A stretch of DNA of 53,304 nucleotides from positions 1 through 53,304 of the IMG/VR virus record IMGVR_UViG_3300037606_000271, one strand, 5' to 3'. The notes below the pieces were generated by a model. The model worked only from the letters and a program-made list of their open reading frames with translations. It ran no database searches and was not told where the DNA came from. The first letter of the stretch is position 1, and every line of letters begins with the position of its first letter. Of this stretch, positions 28,244-41,000 are shown in pieces. The translations under genes and the position numbers were made by a program. The stretch comes from a virus. Lineage: Duplodnaviria > Caudoviricetes.

Positions 28244-31200
28244 TTATCTACTGGATAAGTTGTATAATTCCATTATGTTAGTAGCATTTCTAATACCTTT
28301 AACTATAGGAATAATATCTATTGTCTTCTTTCCTATATAATAAGACCCATCTTGATATTTTCTAAAGGGATTTCCTTCAGTAAAAAATTGAATTGGGTCA
28401 AGTACTACAGGAAAAGTAATAAACTTTTCAATAGCTGAAACCGCTGCTGCTGGAGATCTAAGAATCTCTAGTGTTTGAACTGGGTTAAAAAAGAAAGACA
28501 TTTCTGTTATATGTCTGTTAGCTTGATAAGCTGTGAAAGCTAATAGTTGATTAGCTAAGTCTTCATCATCTTCATCAACTATATTTGTCAATAACAAGTA
28601 TATAGTAAAAGCTCCTAAAACAGTTGCTAATTCTCTCCTTATTCTTAAATAGTTTTGTCTTTGTACATCATCCATTTTAGCCCACTTCTCTTTAAAAGCT
28701 CCACTTAATAGCATTTCTTTATCTTCTCTAGCTAATTGTTTAGCGTCTTGATATATCCTTAGCATAGACCTGTACATTCCTTCTTGTTTAATAGTATTGC
28801 CGTCATCATCTAATCCTTCTTGGTAGTTATATTCCAGTTTACCATATCTACGATTACCGGGAGAAATAATAAATTTTCTAAATGTTTTTAACATTCTACC
28901 CAGTGCAAAATGCTGCATTCTACTTTGATCAACTTTATTGTAAATACCAAACAATCTTTGATTTACAGAATGAATTTTTAAAGATATTGCATCTACGTCA
29001 ACAGGGGAACCATCTAATTCAGTAACGTCTTCTGATATAGAAGACGAGAAATCTTTATGGTCTATGTGATCTAGTAAAGAAACTTTTTCACCTTTATATA
29101 ATACTTTTTTGTTTGCAATGATAGTAAGAGCCATTTTATACGCTCCAAAATGTTCACCTATATTATTAAGAGCATAAGGAGAAGATAATATTCTTTTTAT
29201 AGCAACACTTTCATTAGGACTTTCTTTAATTACTTGCTGCATAAATTCATCTCTAACATTAAATAACCTACCTAAACCTGTTAATGTAGAATCAACTGAA
29301 GGATTATCAAAAGCTCTTAATGACTCCATTAAATGAGTAGTATAAAAAGAATCAGCTTTTGCAAAAGATTCTTTATCGTATATTTTAGCAGCTTTTTCTT
29401 GAGCTATTGATGAATATGCTTGCAATACGTTAGCTGGTGGAGAATATATGTTATAACCCAAACCTAGCAAAGAAGTATAAGCACCTAAAAAATCTAATAT
29501 TTTACCTGTTTTACCTTCGTTCTTTTTAAACTTACCATATATATTAGCGTCAATGTAATCTGTAATTCGCTCAGCTTGATTACCACCAATTAAACCGGGA
29601 GAATCAAGTATTCTCCTTTTGTTAATAACACCTTCCATCATAAGAATAGAAGATTCTATATTTCGCATTTCAATATAATGATTAGCCATATATCCAAATG
29701 AATTTGTTAACATATGAATATCTGTAGACATATCATTTATATTTTCAATTTCATTGATAAAGTACACAGGCAATGTTCTTGTGTTACTATCATAAACTAT
29801 CTCCTCATCGTTAAACCTAAATTTATCCATAAAGTTTTGCTGTAATCCTTTTACATTACCTTCTTTTAATAATTGAGCTAAAGATTTAGTTAATTGAGGT
29901 AACTTATAAAGATGTGCTGGATTTAAAGGTAATTTAGAAGATTTGGCTTTAATTTTTAACACTTGATCTAAGTAACTTTTTTTAGAGTCAGGAAGTTTAT
30001 CATAAGAAAGATCTTCATATAAATCTTTTCTTGGTGTAGCTAAATCCTTAGTAAAAATTAAATCACCATTATTCTTAAAACTATTATCTAATATGTAGCT
30101 ACCTACACCATAAATAACAGTATCAATCTTTTCTTGTTCTCCTAAAGATAGTTTTTTATCATAAGTTTTAAGAAATTCTCTGGTTGAATAGTTATCAATA
30201 ACATAACCTTTTGATGAAATAAATTTGTATAAAACTTCTACTAAGTCACTTTTAGAAACAGAGAATATATCTCTTACAGATTGTTCTATTTGGTTCTTAA
30301 TTACTTGATCTAAATTAGGTAATCGTTCTTGATTATTTTTAAACCAATTATCTTTATTTTCTCTGTACATTTTACTTAATTCAGGATCTTCACCTAATTG
30401 CTTTTTTCTTTCATCATAGTTTTCAGATAAACGTAAACTTACTCTAATTTCACGCATAGCTTTTTTACGAGTTATTTCATATTCTGCAAAATTAATGTTT
30501 TCAGGGTTAACAAAGTATCTGCTTATATTACCTTCAGCGTCTTTTTGAATAAAATCTAAATCATTAAAATCTTCAATTTTAGATCTTAATCTTAATAATT
30601 CTTCAGCTTCATCTTTTGATTTATTAATAACTATTTGCCTTGATCTTTTATAATAAAGATCAAATAATTTTAATACATCATCATTGAGATTTGCTAAAGA
30701 TTGAATCCAAGCTTGAATACCTGATATATTTTTAACTTCTTCTAACAACTTTTTATACTCACCTTCTTTAAAATGAGTCATTAATTTAGTAAAAGGAGAC
30801 ATTAATCTTTCAGATAATTCAATTTCTTTGTTGCGAATTAACCCTTCATATCTTGCTTTTTTACTAACAATATCAGATACTTCTGTTTTAACTCTATCAG
30901 GCATTCTACGAACAGATTTTTCACTGTTAATGTCTTCTATAAATAAATTGAATTGAGCTACTTTTTCTTTAGCTCGTCTTAAGGCATCTACAATCTCTTC
31001 TGTTTTGTTTTCAGATTTATCTAAAGTGTTTAATATGTCAAGAGCATCATCTAAAGCTAAAGAAGTACTATTAAGAGCATTAACTGTGGCAGTTTTATAA
31101 TTACCAGCTGATTGAGGTAATTCTAATTGCTCTATTTTTTTAGTTATTTCTTTCTTAATTGTCTTATTAGTTTGATTTTTCTTGGCTTCATTTAATTCTT

Positions 31201-32047
31201 TTAACAAAGAATCTACTTGGTGACTAAGATCAAAATCTTTAAACTCAGAAGACTTAATTTCATATTGTACATTGCCTTTAAAATCATCACTCAACTTTAA
31301 CTCTTTGTTTTTAATTTTATCTTTTAAATCATTAGCAAAATCTTCTATTAACTTGTTGTCAAAAAATTTCAGGGCTTTTCTAATTAATGTTCTTATAGTT
31401 CTTAATATTCTGGAAGATGTAGATTCCATATCATTATCTAATAACACATCTCTAATTAATTTATCAACAACTTCTTTTCTAGCTAACTGATCTGTGTACC
31501 CTGGAACCTTAATATATTTATTATATATTTCATTAAATTCAGGATGTTGATCTACAATAGATAATATTCTTTTGAATGTAGGATCTTCTAACATAGTAGA
31601 CGTCATCATGTGAGACATTTCTTCTAATTGAGTAGCTTTATCTCCATTATTCCAAGCTATAATTTTATTAATAGGATCTGCTACACCTTGTACATCTAAA
31701 GCATAACCATTTTGCTGTTCAAATTGTTTTGAGTAAGTTGATACAGCTCCCCTTTTAACACCCATACTACTAAGTACAGACCATAAATTATCTATTACTA
31801 AATTAGAATTATCTAATACGTTTATTTTATAATCAGGTTCGCCATTCATGTCTTTAGGTAAATCCTCATTAGAAGATAATTTGCTCCATAGTTTGATAGA
31901 TTTTTCTTCAAATGTACCTGTAATTTTACTACTAAATTCTTTATTGTTATCTATAGTAAATTTAGACTTTTCAAAAAGTAAAGATGGTGCCCCGTTGGGG
32001 GCACTCACCTCTAATTTACCATTATTGTATTTTATTTGACAGCTCAT
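28244..32047 (-). CDS. Large virion cargo/ejection protein (1267 aa) with degenerate N-terminal zincin-like domain
   Basis: APNGAPSLL motif, EEMSH in place of HExxH, C-terminal hydrophobic helices; directly downstream of the virion RNAP as in crAss-like phages. Confidence 0.8.
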   Translation of the reverse strand: MSCQIKYNNGKLEVSAPNGAPSLLFEKSKFTIDNNKEFSSKITGTFEEKSIKLWSKLSSNEDLPKDMNGEPDYKINVLDNSNLVIDNLWSVLSSMGVKRGAVSTYSKQFEQQNGYALDVQGVADPINKIIAWNNGDKATQLEEMSHMMTSTMLEDPTFKRILSIVDQHPEFNEIYNKYIKVPGYTDQLARKEVVDKLIRDVLLDNDMESTSSRILRTIRTLIRKALKFFDNKLIEDFANDLKDKIKNKELKLSDDFKGNVQYEIKSSEFKDFDLSHQVDSLLKELNEAKKNQTNKTIKKEITKKIEQLELPQSAGNYKTATVNALNSTSLALDDALDILNTLDKSENKTEEIVDALRRAKEKVAQFNLFIEDINSEKSVRRMPDRVKTEVSDIVSKKARYEGLIRNKEIELSERLMSPFTKLMTHFKEGEYKKLLEEVKNISGIQAWIQSLANLNDDVLKLFDLYYKRSRQIVINKSKDEAEELLRLRSKIEDFNDLDFIQKDAEGNISRYFVNPENINFAEYEITRKKAMREIRVSLRLSENYDERKKQLGEDPELSKMYRENKDNWFKNNQERLPNLDQVIKNQIEQSVRDIFSVSKSDLVEVLYKFISSKGYVIDNYSTREFLKTYDKKLSLGEQEKIDTVIYGVGSYILDNSFKNNGDLIFTKDLATPRKDLYEDLSYDKLPDSKKSYLDQVLKIKAKSSKLPLNPAHLYKLPQLTKSLAQLLKEGNVKGLQQNFMDKFRFNDEEIVYDSNTRTLPVYFINEIENINDMSTDIHMLTNSFGYMANHYIEMRNIESSILMMEGVINKRRILDSPGLIGGNQAERITDYIDANIYGKFKKNEGKTGKILDFLGAYTSLLGLGYNIYSPPANVLQAYSSIAQEKAAKIYDKESFAKADSFYTTHLMESLRAFDNPSVDSTLTGLGRLFNVRDEFMQQVIKESPNESVAIKRILSSPYALNNIGEHFGAYKMALTIIANKKVLYKGEKVSLLDHIDHKDFSSSISEDVTELDGSPVDVDAISLKIHSVNQRLFGIYNKVDQSRMQHFALGRMLKTFRKFIISPGNRRYGKLEYNYQEGLDDDGNTIKQEGMYRSMLRIYQDAKQLAREDKEMLLSGAFKEKWAKMDDVQRQNYLRIRRELATVLGAFTIYLLLTNIVDEDDEDLANQLLAFTAYQANRHITEMSFFFNPVQTLEILRSPAAAVSAIEKFITFPVVLDPIQFFTEGNPFRKYQDGSYYIGKKTIDIIPIVKGIRNATNIMELYNLSSR

Positions 32048-35000
32048 TAATTACATTTTTTATTATTAGGATTCTCTTTATTAACATCTTCTACTTTGAC
32101 ATCAGTAGTTTTAGCTTTCTTTTTTACTTTTAGTTTAACTCGTGTAATTATTTCTTTTTCTAAATTGAATAATTTAAAATGCTTTCCTTGAACCATGTCA
32201 GTTTTACTAGCTTCAAACCTGAAAGCTATTTCACTAAATTTAATATCATAATTAATGTCACCATTGTTCATTTTTCTCTTTACGTAAATATCTCCATTGT
32301 TAGAATCATAATAATAATCTACATAACCATCAGGACCTTCTTTAGGTAGTCTAGCTATATAACTAGCATTTGCATTATTAGCTAAATGTTGCATTAAAAA
32401 AGTACTTATCATTAATTGATTATCGTAAGAAGATTCTCCATGTTCTTCAGACAAACTTAATTTAATACTGTTACTTTCATCTGAATAATAACCTAAATCA
32501 GCAAAAGCTTGCTGAGGGATTAACTTAGTATATCCAAATGGAGAGTAACCTAATCCATCTAAGTACAAAGCGTACCTAGCTAAATCTTGTACTAATTTAG
32601 GATCTTCTAAATATAAATAACTCATCATATCTTCTTTCATGTGTTCTTCTTCCGCAATCTCATTATTGTTAGACTTATAAAACATAAATTCTTGTGTACC
32701 TTCTTTATCTTTTTGAATAATAAAATCATTTAATAATTCACTATACTCAGGATGTTTAGAAAATCTTTCAATAATACCTTCTGTAATGCTTGTTTCATCA
32801 CCTGTTCCACTTACAAAAGCATTAAAAAACGCTTTATCTTCATTATTAAGAGTAGCTACAAAAGTTTTAAAGTCGTGAAGTATAATTTCTATTTCTCTTC
32901 CAGTAAGTTGATTGCCAGTAACCTTAGATTTAGCATTAGATATATGGTATATCATATTAAAGTAAACTCCTCTATTGTATGCAGGTATGCCTAAATTTTC
33001 CATGACTACCATCATGACGTCTTTTATTTTATTACCATCTTTAACTACTGATTTAGTAGAACGACTAAGGTGATCTTTAATAACTTCTCTAGCTGTATTA
33101 GCTTTTGTATTGTCATCAAGATCAATTAATAACTTAGTTAAATAATAATAAGGTTTAGTATCATCTAATAATAATTCTACAGCTCCTTCAAAAGCGTTTG
33201 GATCATTAATAGCGTCAATAATTTTAAGAATCATGGATATAGATTCTCCGTCAGAAGAACCAATACCATCTTCTGTGGATTTAGTAGCAACAGTTAATTT
33301 TCGCATATATTCACCATATTCTATATATCTACTAAAAGTAGTCATTACATCAAAAGCTTCTTTTTTATTATTCATAATCCATTCTTTAGGATCAGATATA
33401 CCATCTTGAGAAGATTTTAATAAATCACCCTTTTCAAAGTTAACTACAGATTTAACTGCTATTCTCTTTTTTTCTTTATCTGTAGCATCTCTTGGATCTC
33501 CATTATCATCTGTCATAATAAGATCCATCATGTCACCAAAAGCTTTGTCATTAGACATTCTTGTACCTCCATCAAATTTAAATCTTTTTGAATAGTAACG
33601 TAATGCTGGGTGGTTAATAAAATACATTGCAGTATTAAAATCTACACCAGCTGACAACATCGCAATTAATACATTAACAGTAGAAAAGTTAAGATTTAAT
33701 TTACCTGCGTGAGGATTTTTGGTGTTGTCTACAATAGCAGCTAACCAAAGAGATATATTTTGAGATCTAAATCTATAATTAAGCTCATCTAATATAATAC
33801 CTCGATTTGTAAAATCATTATATAAACCACTTTTATTTTCTTTTCTACCTTCCATCAAATTAAACTTAAAACCTACTTCATACGTTTCTGGTGTACCATC
33901 TTCTTTTAAAATAGCATTACCTTCTTCATCTTTAGATGGTTGAGAAGCAATTTTAAGTGTTTTGGCTTGTTGAAAAATACTAATAGTACTGTTAGCATTA
34001 GCTAATGGACCTACTAAAGATGTACCATCAAGAGCATTACTTCTTGATTCAACACTTCTTGAAGGCATACCCATCGTACCAATATTATCGTCAATGCCTA
34101 ATTTAATTTCTAAATCATTAAATATTCTATCAAAAATAGAAGATGGATTTAGTGTTTCAAATGCAGCATCAGAAGATGACATTAAAGCCCTGTAAGCATC
34201 AATTAACTGATTCTGTCTACCTACTTTACTATCTCCTCTAGGAACATGAAACGGCTCATCTTTGAGAACTTCTGTATAAGCTGTCATAATATTTTGAGTA
34301 GCAAGCTGTTCTCTTTTAGTTAAATCTTTAGATGCATCTTCTTGATATGTAGTGTTTAATTCGTAAATATATTTTAATAAAGGGTAATATCCCTTATTAG
34401 AATTTTTAGGTGCTAACATATCTAATTGAAACACATACATAGGGTTATCTCGAATCAATTCTTCTAATGTCATAAATCCTCTAACATCCCCAGCTTTCTT
34501 AGCGTTTTCTTTTATTTTATCAATAACTTTATCCATCATTTTAGGATCATCGTAGCCACGAGAAACAAATGAATAAAAGAAACCATACATTTTATCAATG
34601 TCAAAATCTAGTCCAGCTATGTCTGTAATCTCAGTAGGTAAGTAAACGGCAGAACCTATAGACGTAGGGATAAATCCTATAATCTTAATTGGTGCTGTAG
34701 AATACTTAGCTTCGTTTGGCGTTCTCCATATTAAACCTTTAAATACATCTTCTAGTTCTGGATTCTTTTTTATTAAATCTTCAATAGCTTTTCTATCAAG
34801 AGGTACATTAGGTTTAACATACTTGTATAATCTAGAATCATGAATAGGCATTAAAGCTTCTATGTAATCTATATTTTCTAATTTATTACCTTTACTATCT
34901 TCTTTAAACACAATCTTAGGTCTGGTATCTTCTGTAAATCCAGCAGATGATGCATTAACTAAACCTACACCTTGAAGTTTTTTAGGATTAGTAACTTGCT

Positions 35001-38000
35001 TACTGTAAATTGAATTAATAATTTGCTTAATCTTATGTGAATAAGCTGGAAAATCAAGAGGTGCTAAAGTTCTTAATTCATTATTTTCATCAGTAATAAT
35101 TTGAAGAGCTTCTAAGTAATTATTAGATAATCCTCTTTTAGAAACTTCTGCTTTTATTGTAGCTATAATACCTTTAAAATCTTTTACTTGATTAGTAACT
35201 TCAGCATAAGCTTCAATAATTTCTTGAATTTCTAATCTATTAATTTTTTCTAATAATTTAGCTCCAGTTAAAGTTTGAGAGCCTTGTATTTTAAGATTAC
35301 CTTTTTTATCTAATGAAGTGTATTTGGCTATTGTGTAAGATGCTTCAGGGTTTACATTAGCTGCCATATTCTTTCCTGCTTGTCTTGACAAAGACTTTTT
35401 ATTATCAAGAAAACCAGAAGGTACGTCATTTTGCTTACCGTAATCTTCATTTTTTACTGTTAATGCTGAAGGATTATATCTAGCAAATTGAGTTGGTTTT
35501 TTATCTTCATAAGTAAACTCTTTATTTAAGCCTTTAACAGAATCCCTCATACTTACAGAGATACCTTTTAACATAGTCAGTCTAGTTAAAGGATTAATAG
35601 CTCCATCAACTACTTCTTTAGCGTCATAGGATAGCCCTACAGGGATAATTCCAAGTTTGGTAGGTCTAATACCATATTGGTTAAATAATAGCATAGAATA
35701 GATGTTAAGCTGGTTCTCGTGCTTTTTTCTATTACTTAATTCTCCTTGTTTATAAGCAGTATCATATTTAAGCTTTTTAGTACCTGAATGAACAGCTACA
35801 AACCTTCCATCTACAATCTCATTATCATTGTTAACTTTCATTGATTTAAGATCATAAATACTAAAATTACCTTCTTTATCGTAGGTCAATAAATCAACTG
35901 TACCAGCAATACCCATTTTATCATTATGTAATAAAATTCCATTAGCTACTACTGTTTCTCCATTAGCTTCTAACTTAGCTTTTAATTCTTTTAAAGATTC
36001 TAAAAAAGATTTTACTAAAGATCTATTTGCTAAATTATAACTATTTAAATCTTTTAAATCATCACTAAAAAAATCTCTTACTAAGTTGTCTAAAGAAGTA
36101 CCTAATTTAGACGAAGACCTGAGATTAGTTTTAGTTCTGGCTAAAGACTCTAAATAACTATTTACTTTATCCACATTTTTAATTTTATAATTAGAAATAC
36201 TTTTAAAGCTGTTGTTGAAATAATCATCTAATAACCTAGTTAATTCATTAATATCTTCATTAGAAGATTTATAATCATTAGCTGCTTTTTGCGCAGGAGA
36301 CAATTGAAAACTGGAAGTTGCTCTACCATATAATTTACCTTTAGATTCAACATCATATGTATTGTTGTTTCCTGGGTCAGGTGTAGCTTCAGAAACGTCT
36401 TGAATTATATTAATTACAGAAGAAGGATTGTTAAACTTTCTACTAATAGTATTCAAATCTTTAGCTTGTAAAAACGAATCTGTGAGTACTTGTAAAACTT
36501 CTTTATCTGATAATAATTCAAAAATAAAATTAACAAATTTATTCCACCAATTAAGAGCTTCTCCTTTTTGAACTACTACTTGTTCTCCAATAGCTTGTAC
36601 AAGAGCTTCTTCACTACCCCAACGTTTAAGTCCTTCTTGTACAATAGGAGTATTTCTGAACATTGCAATGTAGTGATGAGCATACTCATGTGGTAAAGTA
36701 TCTTGTTTTTGATTTACAGCGTCAATTAATACTTTTTTAGCATCAATTATAGCTTGACCTACAATTTTACCACTTTCATTTTGATTAAAAACATTTTGCT
36801 GATCAGATTCAGGCTTTTGATTAGATTTTTGAATATCCTCAAAATTAAAATGTCGTAAACCTACGTTTTGAGAAAACTTATCATTATTAGTATTAAATGG
36901 GATGTAATTAGCAAAATCTCTAAGATCTTTTGCTCTACCCATTTTTAATTTAGCTTTAAAAATACTAATCCAATCTTGAAAACCATCATTATTTATAACA
37001 CCTAGTCGATTGTCTTTAGTTAAAAATAAATCAATGTCATAACCCCCTTCAATGCTACCAGTCCAAGTGAATGTTTCATTTTTAGTTCCTCCAAAACTTC
37101 GTACTTTTTTTAAGCTAGGATATTTCTTTTTAATCGCTTTAAACCATTCTGAATTATAAATTAAATTATCACTTATTCCTGTATATTTTTTATATATACC
37201 TGAAACAATCTGATCTCTCAAGTCTGGTACATAAGAAAACTCTTTTTCAGCAGCGCTTATTTCAGCATTTCTATTCTGCTGAATCAACGATAAATCAGCT
37301 TGTATTAAACTATAAGGGACAGTAAAATCTAAATCATGTAAAGTTTCTTTTTCTGATCTGTATATAGTACCTTGTTTACGCAAAGACAAACTACCTGTCA
37401 ATAAAATACCTAATTCTTGAAAATCCTTAACTATAGAATCAGCTTTAGGGTCTTCATTAATAGTTTGTTGATATTCTGTAAGTTGCTGATCACTGCTTAA
37501 AACTGTACCAAATTTCTTAAACTCACTATTAATTACATCTGAAGCAATATCATCTAATAAATCATTTACCTCAGTACTGTTTAATTTATTAGAACCTAGC
37601 AATTCTTTTATAAATCTTTTTAACCTATTAAGCTGATATTTAATTTGCTTTTCTAATTTAGAATTACCTTGTATAGACCAATATTCTGCCGATCTTCCTA
37701 ACTCTACTTTAGAAGGATTCTCAAAGTTATTTTCAATAGCAGCAGATATATAATCTACAACTATTAATTCTTTAATTTTATAATCATTTAAATCTGGACT
37801 TCTTTTCTTATACCTATCATATGCTTTAGCATATCCTTGTATGTTTTCAATTGAACTAACAAGATCAGTTCTTATTTTATTCTTTTTCCCTAGCATAGAA
37901 TACGCTACATAAGCTACTTCTTTAGTTAGTAATCTTAAAGGGTCGCTACTAGATTTTAATAATATAGTTTTATAAATTAAATCAGTAGTAGCTAATGCGT

Positions 38001-41000
38001 TAAATCCTGTTAAAGTTCTTAACTCATCAACTGTTTTAACATTAAAATTTAATTTTGTTAAAAAATCATTAAGCTTATCAAGTCTATTAATTACTTGATT
38101 AAATACGTCAGCATCATAAGAAGCTAAAATCTCGTCAACATATTCCAGGTTAATGTCAGGAAAAAGTTCTTTAAGTTTATTTCTTAATTTATTATCTAAA
38201 TCATAATCAAATTTAGAGCTATTAAATTTTAAACTAGTAGTAACAATATTTTGATCTAAATCTAATATACCACCTTGCTCAGCTTTAAGAGCTTCATTAG
38301 AAGAAAAAGTATCTATATACTTTCTATCATGATTATAAGATCTTTCTTTTTCAAAATTAGGAATAGTTTTTACAGAGTTTTCAGTAAACTCATACCCCAT
38401 TCTTTCTAAAAATAATCTGTATAAAGGATTGTAATAAGTATTAGGTTCTCCGTTTTTAAGAAATCTCATTCCATGCATTGGGTGCATTACCAACTCAGAG
38501 TCTTTTTTTTGAAAAGGCTTAACTTGAGTACCTTCTATCATAGAAAAATGAAATCCTTTTAAAGGATTAAAAAAAGATTCTTTTTGATTAGGAGTTAACA
38601 TTTGAAAATTAAACTCACCCTGTAACATTTTTAAATAAACAAATTCTTTAGTGTCATTCCATTCACCAAGACCTATTAAAATCTGTTTATACCTAAATGG
38701 ATCAATGTAAGATTGACCATCTGTTAAAGAAGAAGATTTAAAGATTTCTGTAATACCATCATACCTACCATCAATGCCAGCATAATGTTCTTCTAACTTT
38801 CTAATATGTTCTTGAAACCCTTCAGTAATCCCTTCAATGTCTTTAAAGCCTTGAATTACATAATTCTCTGATACAGTAGTTACATCACCAGAATAAGGAG
38901 AAGTATAATATGCTCCTACAAACAAAGGGGTTGTTGGTGACCATATTTGTTTAGTACGTTTATCGTAATTAGCTAATGTAGCTAATACATCTTTAGCTTG
39001 AATTTCTCTCTCTGATAAATTAGAAGTATCTCCTTTAAAAGCTTTTTCATAAAAGTTTGGGTGACCATTAAATGTAATAGCAGCAGATGGATATAGCACA
39101 GCATAGTTGTAAACAAAATCTCTAATTTCTTTTCTACCATAATTTTTTAGTGCTTCTCCTTCTTCTGTAGGTACAACAGTCCGCTTTAATACACCAGTCT
39201 TTTTTCTAAGATATTCATGAACTTTAAACACTCCTTCATCAATAAGGTATTGCTCATAATCCTTAGCTCTTTTAACCATTATATCTTTAATGAGCACTTT
39301 TAAATTAGTGTCACTCAAGTTTTCACCTATGTAAGCTTGTAGTTCAGGAAATATATGCAAATTAGAACCTAAAGATCCGTTATTTATTACACTTAATTCG
39401 TTTTTAGCAAGTTTTAACAAATCATCAATTATAGATTCATTTGGTGTGTACAATAAGGTACCATCTTCTAATCTATCTGTTTGACCATTCTTAATAAACT
39501 TTCTGTTGTATCTGATAGCTGTCATAGAGCCACTATCAGAGTGAATAGGTAATTCTATAGCTCTACGCTCATTAAACATAATTAGCTGGTTTATAACTAA
39601 TTGCTGCTTGTTCATATCAGAATAAGCAATTAGTTTTCTTTTTCCAGGAAGTCTAATACCATTAACTACTAGATAAGCAGCTTGCTTATTTGCTATAGCT
39701 TCTATTGTTTTGTTTTCATCATATAAAGGATCTTCTTTGTATATGTTTTCACCATTTTGTATTCTACTAATTTGTCTAGTAGTAAAATTAGAATTGTTAA
39801 ATTGATATACTTTTTCTCCTTTAGAATTTAAATGTGAGTTGTTCATTATACTTAATGAATTTTCACTTAACATTTGAGTGTAAAGTAAAAACGCAGAAGA
39901 AGGTTTACCATTAACTCCTAATAAATCACCATTAAAATTACCATCTTCGTCTTTTGATTTCAAAGTATTGTAAAGACCAAATACTTTTTCTTTAAAATCT
40001 TCTGTTGAAGGGTCACTACCTAAAGTGTAAGTAAACAATCCAAACTCTTCTAACGCTTCAGCTAATGCTTCACCATCTTTATCAAAAGCTTTATCTAACT
40101 TACCAATTAAAGAGTTTCTTTGTGCTCCATCGTATGTGCCATTAGCTATTAGTTTACCTTCTCTAGCTGTTCTTAACACATCAGAATAAATAGATTTATT
40201 ATTATTTTCATAATTAGATGGATTCATTTCACGAATCATCTCTCCATTTTTATTTGTAATTACTGTGTCAAAATAATCATATTTATAATTACTTGCAATT
40301 TTAGCCCATATAAGAGTTTGAAACTTTTGAGCTTCATTACTAGTCATATCTTCTGGAAACAATTCTGCAATTAAAGGATCTTTAGTTCTTAACTCATTTA
40401 TTTTTCTCATCATATTTCTAGATGTTCCACTATTACCTAATAGTTGAATCAGTCTTTTATACGCATAAGAAAATGTATGTACTTCTGGTAACCCCAGAAA
40501 ACCTTTAGCATCCACTAAGTTCCCTTTACTATCAAACTTTTTACGTTTAATGTTGTTTAAAGCAGATTTAAGTTCTTCAGATAAAGATTCGTATTGAGAA
40601 ATAGTGTTAATATCTTTCTGCCATTTTTCTACAGTAGTTTCTGAAGTCTGATCTGTAGTTAGTTCTAAATTAACGTAATACCCTCTTTGCTTAAAATCTT
40701 TAAGTATTTCAATAACTAAAGAATTTTGAAACACATCATTGTTTTCAAAAGATGCTGTGTAACGCAAAGCTTTAATAACATGAGCTAATGTTTGTTGACT
40801 ATCTGGCTCAGAAAGTTTTTGTATTTCTGTACCAAGCATACCAATTACAGTATTAGGATTTTCTTTACTTGGTATAGCAGTTAACGCATTCTTTGTTATA
40901 TCCGGGTTAAAAAACATTTCAGCAAACAACTCTTTCTTTTTTGTAGAACTAGTTAAACCCCGTTTAGAAACTTCTTGTTCAAATAACTGAGTAGCAAATT

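Noticed and set aside
35460-38270. Intein as the explanation for the RNAP insertion
   Set aside because: No Cys-start or His-Asn-end splice motifs and no LAGLIDADG/HINT signature recognisable in the insert.
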